This document shows positions 1 to 13,407 of a DNA stretch of 64,000 nucleotides, piece after piece. The DNA comes from Euglena gracilis (Eukaryota), in NCBI GenBank assembly GCA_039621445.1, contig CP154954.1, positions 21,588,954-21,652,953 on the forward strand, read 5' to 3'. How positions within the stretch are numbered: the first letter of the stretch is position 1; each line of letters begins with the position of its first letter. Below the pieces are notes generated by a model. The model made no database searches. It saw only the letters and a list, made by a program, of their open reading frames with translations, and was not told the DNA's origin. The translations under genes and the position numbers were made by a program.

Positions 1-534
1 GTGGCGGGTACTTGAAAAGAGTCAGTGGGTTGTGTCCAGGATATGGTGCCCAACCCCCTGGAGGCCACTAAGTGGATGACACCTATTTGTGGTGGAAGTC
101 CAGATCACTCCTTTGGCAAAGCCTGCAAATGCAAAGCCTTGGCAATGTGTCTCGGTGGCAGGATTTGGTGGAATTTTTCTCGTATGTGGTACCGCAGTCC
201 AAATTCCGCAAGTCCTTTTCGGAGGATAAAAAAAAGTTTTAAAAAAACTGCCAATTATGCAAAAGATCGAACTTTTTTTTTTAGTCCTAAATTTGAGCTG
301 GCCGGCCCCTTTTCTGACCCATTTTGGCCTATTTTTGCCCCTCGAAAGCCAAAAATGCGTTACCGTCTTGCGGCTGCGAAATAATAAATGAAACTGGTCG
401 ATGGGCCACTTTGCTATTCTGGGAGACGTCGCCCAGAACAAAACCCCCCGAATGGTTTTTCTGGGCAACCTTGAGTCCCCGTTGCTTTTCTGCGGAGCAA
501 TGCCCTGTCCCCCCCCCCTCTAACGTTGACCCAC

Positions 535-3500
535 GGCGCCTCGGACCCATGAGACCCAAGGCTCCCAGCCCCCTCGACCCTCTGATTCAAGGGAGCCTTG
601 CACCCATCGACGAGGCGGCTGATGGTGGAGCGGCGGTTGCCTTCTGCCGGACCCACTTCTACCACCTCATCCTGATGGACATCCACCTGCCCAGGGCAGC
701 CCCCCCCCCCCGGTGGTGCTGGAACACCTGGACCCCCTGTCCCCCCCACAGGCAAAGCCGCCAAGGTTCGCTTCACGTCGTGTGCCATGGCATTGGTTAA
801 GGTGTGCCCGACTGGGTGTTTGGAGTGATGGATTGGTCCTTGGCTGCAGACCCTCTCCCCCTGGGGATAGGGTCGGGTTATTGGTCCATCTGGCGCCTTT
901 GACGCCAGAAGGTTTTGGCAAATTTGACCAAAGTCCGTTACTTTTGAGCCATTTTATCCGTTGATTTTGATCCATTTTAGTCCCAGTGGCCAGAGTGACC
1001 GACGAGGGTCGGGCCGGAAGTGAGTCCCCCCTCCCTGGGGGGACTTCACAAGCAATGGTACGGCTGTGCCCCCCCCCCCCCAACGTCCCGACCCAACGGC
1101 CCTGCCAACGCCGGGGCTCAACGGCTTCGAGGCCACCGTCCACATCCGCACGCTGCAGCGGGAGCGCGGCGACGGCCTCGTGAGCCTCATCGTGGGGCTG
1201 ACTGGCAGCCAGGCCCCACCGTCGCCCCCGCCGAGGGTTCGACTGGGAGAGGGCGGGGGAATGGCCTCGCACCTGGGGGGGGGGGGGGGGGGGCTACTAA
1301 TGGTGCTGCCTGAACTGAGAACCGAGAATCAGAAACAGTTCCAGACTTCTGTCAATGAGAGGAATACTCCCACCTCCGCGCTGGCTGACCTCTCCGAATA
1401 CGATCTCCCACCCCCTCGCGGATGGCTGGTTGGCCGGCACCGAAGGAATCAGGCGCGAATTGCCCAATTTTTTTCTTTCCAATTTCTCTGTTTGGGGTTT
1501 CGGGGTTTCCACTTACGGCACCCTACCCGTTTGGGTTGGGAATGGGTCTGTTTTAGACAAAACAGCAAAATGCCGATTTTGTAAATTTATGGCGCTTTTA
1601 GGGGGGGGGGCTGGAAACCCCCCCCAGAATGCCCTGGAAAGTTGAAACACACAAAACCGGCAGAGCACACCTGGCCTCTGGAGAAGAAGGGTCCTGCGGG
1701 AGACACCCACGAGAGCGTGCCGAGTGTGGGGCACAGTAGCGGGATGAACGAGGTGCTGTGGAAGCCCGCCACCCCGGCGTCCATGCGCCAGCTCTGCGTC
1801 AAGTATGACATCCCGCGGAGGCGGGCCCCGGCTGCCGGGAATCTGTTGCCTCGGCAACCGTTGCTGGGGTGGGGGAGAACCAGGACTGAACAACGAATCT
1901 TTTGAATCCCTTGAACCCCGAGGGCGGGTTGCCCCCCCCCCCCGCCAAATCTGGTGGGGAGTCCGACCACCCCCTCCCTCCACCACCCCTGAACTTTTTT
2001 TCCAGGGGCGATAATTTCCCGCACTTTCCGCACCGAAGGAGTTTTTCCTTGCAACTTGCAACGTGCCATATGTTGTGTGCGGGGGGACCCACCCACCACT
2101 CCTTCCCATACAGCTCTGGGGACAGGCATTTTTTTAAAAAAATAGCCAAACCCCACCCTACCCCCAGGGGGGGTGGGGTTTTCCAGCCAGCACCTCCCAG
2201 CGGGGCTGGTACCCCCCCCCCAGAGTCGGGAAATTCCCCGCCTGGGAAGATCTAAACTGATAAACAGCACCAATCGGAAATCGCAACTGCCAGTTCGTCG
2301 ACATCATCTGCCAGTTCGTCGACATCATTTCTCGCCTGCTCTTTGGCGCGCCGGCGGGTCCTGAGGTGGGGATGGGAAGCCCCCTCGCCCCGGGGCTGGC
2401 GCCAACGCCGGCGGCCGCCTCGCCGGGCTGCGGGACAGCCCCGCCGCAGGTTTCAAGCCGCGGGCGCTGCTCAAGAACGGCCCGCGGGACATGAAGAAGC
2501 GTGGCCATGCCACCATCACGGCGTACGAGAAGTTCCTCCGCAAGAAGGGGGAGGAGTTCGCCGAGGCGTCCCGCGCTGGCTGCAGCCGGGTCCATTTTGC
2601 TCGTGCATGTGTGCGTGTGCGTGCTCATGAGTTGCGTTTGTTTGCACGTTTATATGACTTGCTTAAATTGAAACACACATCTTTTAGGATTTCTTCGAGC
2701 ACTTCAGGGGTCATCAGGTCTTGCACCACCTCGGAATATCATTTGTGAAACACCTCTGGTGGAAGGAATATAAATGAACTTTATGTGCCGAGAATGGGTC
2801 ATTTAGGTACGTGTGCCTGTGCGTGCATGTGTGCGATTTGCACGCACTTGTGTGCAGGGCTGTGCGGAAATCCCCGCAACCCTATGGGTGGTTGGTGGGA
2901 GGTCGACACCTCCCCCCATCGTGGTGGTAGGGGGGTGTCTGACCCCACCAGGCGTTCCCGTATTTCTGGGTGGCGCCGATTTTTAGGTCGAAATTTTCCT
3001 TTGGCGCCTTTTACCGTTGCGCCCTTTGCGCCTAAGGAATTTTTTTTGAGCGGGCGCCATGGTTGGTGGGGGGGGTCGACCCCCCCACCTCCCATGTAGA
3101 GGGTCCGACCCACCAGGCCTTCCTGTACATTCCTGTGCAGTCCTGCTTGTGTGTGCGCGCATGTATGCCTGTATGTGTCCCGCATGTTTGCACATGGGGG
3201 CAAGCAACCTAGGTTTTCCCAAAGGGTGCCTATGTGGACGGCCGGGGTCAGCCGCCAATGCAGCGGGTCTGAGGTGGATGTGAAAGGGGCGGAATGGGCG
3301 GAGCGGGATGCTGACCAGGCTTCTTTTAAGGAAGGCTGAACCCGAGGGGTTCTGGATGGCGGGGTGCTACTATATAAATGCATATATACATATATATATA
3401 TATATACATATACATATACATATATATATATATATATGTATATAAATCTACATATGCATATGTATGTATATATACACATATAAATGCATGTATATGCATA

Positions 3501-6500
3501 TGAATGTATATATACATACATACGTGTATATATGTATATATGTGTGTATGTATATGTGTGTGTATATATATATGCACATATCACACCCCTTAAAAGAGGC
3601 CTGATGTGGACCAACGCTCTGTGGCCACCTCCTCCCACCAGGGCTTTCCCGGATGTGATATTGCACAGATGCCACCGCTTTTCCAAGAAAAAAAGTGGAA
3701 GGCGTCGATCTGGTGTCGTCTTTGTCGAGCCAGCCCCCTTGTTCCTCACCGACATGGGATTCCAGACTGGTGGTGGGCTGCTGGGAACACCTCTCCCAGG
3801 CCCATTGGCAGGGGGGCATGCCAAGGCCGCCAGGCAGAATTTTGGGTAGGGGTTCGCAACTGTAGGTTTCTTGATGGTTTTTGCGGTGGCCTCTTTGAGG
3901 GTGGGTGTCGGGATATGTACCCCACGTCTGTCCGTGTTTGTTGCTGCACATGTGTATTGTGTGTGTGTGCGTGTGTGTTTGCGTGCGTGTGCGCGCGCGC
4001 TTGTGTGTGCATGTGTGTATGTGCGTGCACGCGTTCGTGCATGCGTTTTTGGTATGCGTGTTAGTGTGTGGCTGTCACGTTCATTCCTTCTTTGAAGAAT
4101 TTCGGTTCGTTGGCCAGCGGGGCCCTCCACCGGTCCTCACTGATGGTGGGCACGGCGTACGAGGAGCACGACCTCGCGCCCCTCGCCGCGATGCAGTTCG
4201 TGGAGGCGATCCGGGCGCTCAATAAGCGGGCGGAGATGCAGCTGAGCGCCAAGTTCTATGCCTCCCGCCCAGGGTTTTTTGAAGCCTCTTCAAGATTTTT
4301 TTTTTGAAACTGACCGCGTCTTTGACCCCCCCCCTCCGTGTCAACGGCACCTTTCCAGAACACTACCTGACGTATTTTTTTGTTGAATTACAGCGGCGTT
4401 GACGCACTATGTCGTTGACACCCCCCCATGTCAACGACACCTTCCCTGAACACTGTCGCGCCTTGGACAGGGGGAAGGTAATTCCATGTAATCTCTTGTG
4501 AATTTGGCGTTGTTTGCTGTATGTTGTTTGAGAATTTGCGTGGGAGGGGATCTCGGCGGCTTTTTCAAGGAAACCCTTCAAGGGATAGGGCAGAACCAGC
4601 GTTGGAACGCGTTCACCGCGAGAGAGCAATTTTTTTTTAACCAAGAGTGATGAGAACATTTCATTTTTAGCAAACTTCCCCAAAAGTCAAAGAATGAACA
4701 CACTTTTCCACATTAAAAAAAGGCATCTGTCTCATTCAGGGTTTTTTTTTTATGTTGTGGACCCCGGGGGGGGGGGGGGGTGGGTCCAGCCGAGCCCCCC
4801 TTCTGCCCACGGGGGCGGAGGGGTCGGACCCCCCCCTCCGGCCGGGGTGGTACTCTAAAGAGATAAGAGCTCAGCGACCAGGGTATGAATTAGAGCTGAG
4901 CTCTTTGGGAACCCCTCTAACCGCCTCATTTTCGGCTCAAAAACTCCTTTTCCAGGTCCGTGAGGCCAAAGAACATGGTTTTGGGCAAAAAAATTGTTTT
5001 CAATTTTTCGACTTTTTTTTGACCCAGAACTGACCCAAAATGGCCCAAAACGGGGGGGGGGCAATGATGATCATTTTGAAAAAGGTGCTATTTTTGTCAT
5101 TTTCGCGATTTTTGGCCATTTTCGGGGGAAAGTGGGTGGGTCTCCCGGGACCCCCCCCCCGGCTCCCCCCAGGGGGTGGGTGGGTGGGGAGGGGGACCCT
5201 CCCGGTCTTAAAAAACCCATGGTCCGGTTGGAGGGGTTTCCCATTTTCACCACCGAAAGTGGGTCCCCAAGGCCATCTCACCCCCCACCCCCCCTCGGCG
5301 TCAAAGCCAGGCCCACGCTGAGCCACGGCCCCTGCCTCCTCCACGAGCGGGTCACGGCGGTGGCCATGGCCGTCATCCGCCGCCAGATGCCGGCCCAGGG
5401 CGGCAACCGGGCCGGGGGCCGGCCCCCACCCCAGCACTGGGTCCCTCCTCCCTGGTGCCCCCCCCTTCGGTTTGAAAGGGTGTGAGAGGCAGACACGGGG
5501 TTTCTCCCGGTCAAGAGCGGAGCCGGGCACACGTGAGGAACGCGTCAACCAACGAAACTGGCGACGCGCGCAAACGAAACATCCTCCGCGCCGTTTAAGC
5601 ATCTACTGTGTCCGCGCGCCACCCCATTGCTCCGCAACCCTCTTTTTGAAGTCATCCTTCCAGAGACGCCTTTTTTGCCCTGCAGTATTTCAATGTTTCT
5701 TTTTTTCTCAGAAATCCCTCTCGGTCAAACATTTTTTGAAAAACCAGAAATTCATTTTTATGATGTTTTGGTTGATGGGGGATGATCCGAGGGCGCCAGA
5801 AATCACTTCCCCTCAAGAATTTGATCTGCTTTTGCAAAACATGGCTATTTTTCTGGCCATTTTTCCTGCAGGATTTCATTGAATGTGACGGGAGGGGAAG
5901 TCTTTTTTTTTTTGCTCAAGGACCGCCCTGCTCCCTGTTTTGGGCCCGTCTTTTCTGGTGCTAGAAGTCAGTTCCAGCAGGGAGGTTTACATCGTGGGGG
6001 GCTCCTCAATAAATTTACATTCAATTGCGTTGTGTGCCATTTTTTCCCCTGCATTTTCGTCAGTTTTGCATTTTCTTGAATTGCATGTTTTGAGATGCTT
6101 TGTTGAACCCCCCCAGAATTTTTAACACTCACCCCTCTTGTTACCCACCCCGTTTCATGCTCCCATAGATATAGATCTTGGCATATTTGTATTTAGAGCA
6201 ACCACAAAAAAAATGTTTTTTTGAGCCACGGCACGGCGTCTGTGGGACATTTTTTTGTGTGCGTAGTCACAGTGCACGCTTTCAAACGTTGCCGCGGTGG
6301 CGCACAAGGCAAATTCTGGCGCAGCGCACACAGGCCCCATTCCCATCCTTTGCAATTTTGCATACCTCCCCATGCAAGACACAGTGCATTATTTACTCAC
6401 ACCCCGTGCCAACCGCATTTTTATGGGACACTGCCTGGCATTTTCCGCTGAAGCGCTGTTGGATTGACACACCATCTCGTTGACATCCCCTTGTCAACGA

Positions 6501-9500
6501 TAAATCTTTGCAAGATAGCCTCACCTTGGACTAAAGGGGGAGGCAAAATATTTGTTACGTGTGACAAAGTAATAAAGCACTAAAACAAATCAAGAAAATA
6601 AATAATAATGAGGATGATAATAAATAAAAATATGTGCCAAATTTTTTCAGAAAAAATTAAGACGGAAAATGTGGGCCGCGACTGCCACGGCATTTATCTT
6701 TTTCTTGCGCCGTGCCAGTATGATCCCCACGCCATGTGCAGGTGGGGGCCGGGCCCTGCCCCCGATCCTCTTCGACGAGCGGATGCTGCAGACACACATG
6801 GAGGCGGACCTGCTGCAGGTGAAGCACACCCTGCGGCAGGTGCTGGTCCGCGCCTCCGGCCTCCATGCCACGGAGGGTGCCCTCGCCCCCGCCCAGGACC
6901 CCTGCCAACCCCCCACCCCAACCTGCGGCAGTGATGGGCGTTTGCGCATGTGTGTCTATGTGTGTCTGTGTGTGGTTTGTTTGCGCGCACGTGCGTGCAT
7001 GTGATTTGTGTGCGCTTCCTAGGCGAGCATTACCCCCTAAAACTGGTGTGTGGGAGCTGGGGCCCACCACCAGGGGAGGGCCAGCCAGCCACCACAGCAG
7101 GGGAGAGCCAGCATATTGTTTTTTTCCTTCAGCCAGCAGCTCCCAGCGGGGTGCACCCCCCCCCCCTTTCAGGTCGAGCGCTGGATTATTTTTTTTTAGC
7201 CATAATCTTGGGGTGAACAACCAAAAAATCCTCGGAAAGGCCCTTGTTTGGCCGCTTAGCTCCTTTTTTCCATAATTTTTTTGGCACTGTCCTACGAATC
7301 CAGCCAGGTCCAACCCGCTCCACCCAGCGCTTTTTTCCAGCCAGTGGGCTGGACCCCCCCCCCCCCTAAGGGGCCCTGAAGAAATTCCGTGTGTGTGGTG
7401 GCAGAAAGCTCCGCTGGAAGAGTTCATGCGAAACCAAGTTCTCTGTGGCTGCCGATCCCTTCCTGAAATGGGGGCATGTGGGCACTGGCGCGCATGCCAG
7501 TAACCCTGCATCCTTTCAAGGCAGGTTAAGAGCAATGCCTTGATGACAATCCAGCGACACCCCGGAAATTGCGGACACACACGGAGGGGGAACGCGGTGG
7601 AGGTTCCAGCCAGTCCCCCCCCCCCCCAATTTCCTTCAGCCCTGGCAGCCTGCCGTCGTCTCCGGGATCCGACTGCCGTGCGCCGGCCGGTGCCACATCT
7701 ACGGCCGGAGCAGCCGCGGCAGCGAGCCCAACGTGTACCAGTTCTACACCGTGGTGCCCTACGCGAACGCCCAGCACTGGGTTTGCTGGGTTGGGGGGGG
7801 CCTCCGCCCAGCCAGTGCCCTCTGCGGTGCGCTGTGGCCACCAACGCGTCTGTTGGTCGCATCGCACAGGTGTCCCCCCCCGGCCTAGTGCTGTCTTTAC
7901 CCATATGGTTCCGAAACCATGCCCCCAACAAGACACTGCCCCAGTGCTGCCATTGTGCTGGTGCGTGGGGTGCCCCTCGAGCTGGAGGCGGATGGCCAGG
8001 GAGGGTCGTCTGCACAGTCTCCCCACCCCAGCCAGAAGCCCAATGGGTTGTGCTCCTCCCCCAGGGAAAGGGAGGGGCTGTCCATGGACTATCATTTCGG
8101 TGGTTTTTGCGGTGGGCCCTTGACGATGGGGGGGGGCAAGCTTCGACACTTGAAATTGCCCAGCACCTCTATGTCCCATTGTTCTCCCGAAACCCCAGAT
8201 TTCAAGGTCAGGCGGTGAAGCTGCCACAGGTCTTCTGAGGCGGATCCAAACACCCAGGTTTCGAATCACCGCATCATATGCCCTGGGCATCATACTTATC
8301 GGCTCCCGACCCACACGATCGGTGCGCCGTCCTTTCCCGATCCTCCCTGGGGCTCCCTCCCCGGCCGCCGATGACGCCCGCACCGCCAAAGTTCACATGG
8401 CGGCCGGCTGCGATGACCCGCAGAGAGGCAGGGCCAAGTGGTGCCCCCCCCCCCCCCAACAGGCGCGCGATGCGCGGGCCATGTTTGTGCGAAAGCAAGC
8501 TTTTGGGTCAGATCGCAGTCAGTTCCCTGGGCTTGCCCTCTGTCAGGGAAGATTTTCAGAAAGGTTGGGGATGTTGACAGGTTGACGATGGGCTGGCCAC
8601 AGGTCACTTGGTTGAACCCCCCCCCCAGGTGTGCGTGGACAGCAGAGAGGAGCCCCCCCCCCCTCCTGGACCGCCAGTGGGACACCAAAAGGACAATTTT
8701 TCTTTCCGGTGCTTTACGGCTGAAATTTTGGGCATTTTTGGCAGAGTTTTGCCCAAAAAGGGCAGAATGGCACTTTTGGTCGATTTTGGAGGACAACATT
8801 TTTTGGCCCGGGGCTGTGTTACAGCCTGAAAAATGTTCACCTGGTGTAGGAGCATTGCATCAGCACGCACCACTGTAGAGGAAGGAGGTCCCCTCCCCCC
8901 CCTCGCTGGACTGGAGGGACTGACCTTCCCCCACTTGCCCTTACCCCCCCCCCCCCTATGTCCAACGACCCCCCCCCCCCAGTCTCTTTGGAGGTTTGGC
9001 CAAACTTCCATTTTTGCCACCTTTTGGACAAAAATTTGCCAGAATTGCCCAAAATTTTCGGTGCAAAGCGCCTGATGGAAAGATTTGCCTTTTGGGGGGA
9101 GGGGGTCAATGGTAAACCCCCACCTAAAAGGAACCCATTTCTTATAGGTGGGTTTCCAAAAAATGGCCTGAGGGGTTTCTTATAGGTGGGGGTTTCTTAT
9201 AGGTGGGTTTCAATGTCCGAAAAATTTTTGAGCCGACAAAAGGCCAAAGGTGGCCAAAAACAGTGAGAAATTTCCTTTTGGCGCCTTTGGCGCCAAAGAA
9301 AAATGGGGGTTTCTTATAGGTAGTTGGGTTCAAAGCTCCCCAGGGGTTTCTTATGGGTGGGGGTTTCTTATAGGTGGGCGTCGGTCCAAAAATCCCCAAA
9401 GGGTTTCTTATAGGTGGGAGTTTCTTATAGAGGGGGGTTTCTTAAAGGTGGGGGGTTTACCTGCCAACTTGCTTTTTTGACTCCTTGTCCAACGACCCCC

Positions 9501-12500
9501 CCCCCCCAGTTGGAGGACAGAGGTTACCGGTCGTTGGAGCCCCGCCAAAGGTGTCAAGAGAGAGGAGGCTGTGAATGTGTACTGCATGTTTGGTGCCATT
9601 GGAATGGTTGCAAACTCCAGGACCAGGGCTCTCTGTGTGGGGTCGCATCATTCCTCTGCTGTTTCAAAACACGCCCATTTGCCTCAAAATGCCCCACTGC
9701 CACCTTCCTCGCAAAATCCCCCATTTTCGCCTGTCCACAGCTGTCCAAGGCCAAAACTGGGGGATGACCCCCGGGGATCATCCCTGGGGGGAGGATGACC
9801 CCCCGGCGCTGGGTCCCAGATGAATGCTTTTTCCTCCTTGGTATTTTTAGGGGTATTTTTAGCCAAAAGAGCCCACCAACTTTACGGTCCAATTTGTCAC
9901 CCCACTTTTGTCTCCTCTGAAGGTGCCACCCCTCAGAATCACACCCGCCCACGTTGACTGAGAGGCTTTGCTTGTTGGCCATCCGCCATGGTCCATAAAC
10001 CATTTCAAATTTCTGGACTCATCAGATCCAGCCACGGTTGTGTTTTTTCCCTCTCTGGAGCAACTGAGAGGCTTACCTTTGTCCCTTTTGGGTGAAAATG
10101 CGACCAACGTGTCCCCCGACAGCCGCGCAGCCCCTTCCCTTGACACGGAGGAGACCGAAGCAAGGTTGGCTCAGCTCGGTCCGGGCGGGAAAAGGTTGGG
10201 AACAACTCCCGTGCGAATTGGCGGAACTCCGGAACGGCCAAACGGCCGGGCTTTTGCAGCAAGGTTTCAGGATCAGACAAGCAGTGCCCCCCCCCAAACC
10301 AAACTGAGGGAGGGTCCAACCACCACCATTGTTGTCTTTCTCTCATCCTCGGTGGGGAAACGCCCGGGGGGGCTCCCTGTCCTCTCCTCCCACCTCCACC
10401 ACCTTCCCCCCCCCCGACCACCACCAGCCCCTGCCCCCGGCCCACTCCCTGCCCAGCCTGAGAGGGGAGGAGAAAGCCACCCTGGCAGGGCGCTGTCCGT
10501 CTTTGACCGGGTAGCGGGGAGTGCCCTTTGGCCCAGCCCCACCTTGATGGGTCGGGACACACCGGCGCCTCCGCGCTATGCCCTATGCACTATGCGGGCC
10601 TGGTGGGCGGGTGTCCGGTGATGGGCAGTCCAAACGCTCAACTTTCCCTCCCCACGTTTGGGTGTGTGGGCAAGGTTCTAAGGCTGCAGAAGTTGATCCC
10701 GCAATGTCCATTTTCCCTCGCCACTTTGAATTTTTGTCCCGTTGTTTTAGCGAAGTGCGCACCCCCCCCCATTGGGGTTTGGGTGATAAGGGCAGGCAGG
10801 GGGGGGGCATTTTCACCCCATGGCTTGAGGCATTCCCCCAGATTTGGTTTCAGGAAGCCTGCTCTGCTGGGGGGGGAACACCCAAAAACATACCCCCCAA
10901 TAATATCCCCCCAAATACCATACAGTCCGAACAAAAATGACGGGACACAAAAATGATAGGAAAACACCCAATTTTTCCAATCATTTTCCCCCGCTTTTTT
11001 TCCCCTGTCATTTTTTTCTCCTCATGCCCTTTTCATTCCCTTTTGGGAGAGCCGCGTTCAGGCGTAATCAAATTTCACTCACAAAAGATGGGGTTTGACA
11101 TATGGTCAATTTTGGGTTTGGTTTTTTTTAAATGAAAAATCACCAAACACACATACACAGACAGAAGACCATTTTGGCTACTTTGGGGTGTTTTGAGTTG
11201 CCCTTTTTGCTGAATATCTTTCCTCATAGGTGGGAAAATTGCCACCAAATTTCTGTGAACGCTGAACTTTCTCATCATTATCCGAAACCGAAATTATCCC
11301 ATCATATTTTCCCCGTCAATTTCTTTCCTGTTGTTTTTTCCCTGTTATTTTTGTTTCCTGTCATTTTTGTCAAGACCGTATGATAGTATATCCCCGTTAC
11401 CTGGGACCAGGCTTGTGCTTAGTCGGGTGCCTACCCCACGGGGGGGGGGGGTGGGGGCTAGGGGCAGGCACCCCATAGCACCCGATCCGACCCCCCCCCG
11501 GGGGGGGGGGTAGGGTTTCGGGGGGTGCCTGCCCCTAGCAGGCACCCCCCTCCGACCCCAGCGCCGAAGGCGCCGGGGGCCCGGAAACGGCCATTTTCAA
11601 TGAAAATTTTCTGGGTCTGGCCCGGACCCCTATCCCCCCCGGGGGGGGGGGTGCCTGCTAGGGGCAGGCACCCTATAGCACCCACCCCCCCTCCCCCCCC
11701 GGTTGGTAAGCACAAGCATGCCTGGGACTTCGGCTGCCCAATGAATACACCCCCCTCCTGGATAAAAGTGAGAAATCAAGCAAGGCGGAAAATATCGATT
11801 TCCCTCCGAAACAGCGTACCCCCCCCAAAAAACCTGGCGGGGTGCCAGGTTATTGGAACCAACTTTTGGCCCTGCCCCAGGTTATTTGGGCCCTTTTTTT
11901 CAGCGTCGTAAAGGAGCTTTGCCTTGCCAAGTTACTGAAACTATTTTTTTTTTGCCTCTCCCCCGCCAAGTTAATCGGCCACTGCCAGGAGCAATAACCC
12001 CTCCAGTTTTTTTGGGGGGGTATTTGACAAGGGCCCCACCCATCCCAGACTTCTCTGTCTTTTTTCCGAGGAATGCCACGCAAGGTTGCTCCCCCCTGAC
12101 CCACTGCTTGAGGCAAAAAGGGCAACCGGCCTTATGCGCCTGTCAGCCGGGAAGAGCGTACAAAACAACGCACCGATGATGGATGATGACCCGGGCGGAC
12201 TTTTGGAAATTCAAACTCAAAAAACCCTTAAATTGCACTTTTTTTTGTTACAAAATTGCTGAGTTATGCACATTTTTACACGTGCACCAACCAATTTCTA
12301 CAGTGCCCTCCCAGCCCCGGACTCTGCCCCGCACAACTGCCGGGAGGCACCGCTGGCCAGCAGCATGAAGGGCCCCACCGTGCTAAAGGCCCGGGCCAGG
12401 TGGTGGCATCCCAAGGTTGGTTGGAAGGTCAGAACACTCCCTCCCCACTCCGCCAGATAGTTTTTTTTTCCATTTCTTGCAATAGGCCGAGAAAATGATG

Positions 12501-12509
12501 TATGTGTAA

Positions 12510-12574
<65 letters not shown>

Positions 12575-12591
12575 TGCATACAACGTGCATA

Positions 12592-12659
<68 letters not shown>

Positions 12660-12889
12660 AAGTATGTCTGTAAGTAAGTAAGTAAGTAAGTAAGTGTGTG
12701 TGTATGTATGTATGTGTGTATGTATGTATGTATGTATGTATGTATGTATGTATGTATGTATGTATGTATGTATGTATGTATGTATGTATGTATGTATGTA
12801 TGTATGTATGTATGTATGTATGTATGCATGTATGCATGTATGTATGTATGTATGTATGTATGTATGTATGTATGTATGTATGTATGTAG

Positions 12890-12920
<31 letters not shown>

Positions 12921-13373
12921 TGTATGTATGTATGTATGTATGTATGTATGTATGTATGTATGTATGTATGTATGTATGTATGTATGTATGTATGTATGTA
13001 TGTATGTATGTATGTATGTATGTATGTATGTGTATATATGTATGTATGTATGCATAATGAGCATGCATGCATGCATGCATGCATGCATGCATGCATGCAT
13101 GCATGTATGTATGTATGTATGTATGTATGTATGTATGTATGTATGTATGTATGTATGTATGTATGTATGTATGTATGTATGTATGTATGTATGTATGTAT
13201 GTATGTATGTATGTATGTATGTATGTATGTATGTATGTATGTATGTATGTATGTATGTATGTATGTATGTATGCATGTATGCATGCATGCATGCATGCAT
13301 GCATGCATGCATGCATGCATGCATGTATGTATGTATGTATGTATGTATGTATGTATGTATGTATGTATGTATG

Positions 13374-13407
<34 letters not shown>

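Noticed and set aside
2799-4130. 443-aa minus-strand ORF
   Set aside because: Runs through microsatellites and is antisense to supported + strand exons.
6657-8015. 452-aa minus-strand ORF
   Set aside because: GC-rich shadow ORF crossing + strand exons and repeats; no motifs.
9113-9459. Spaced GGTTTCTTATAGGTGG repeats resembling a CRISPR array
   Set aside because: Irregular spacing, short repeat, eukaryotic context and inverted termini indicate MITE subterminal repeats; no cas genes.
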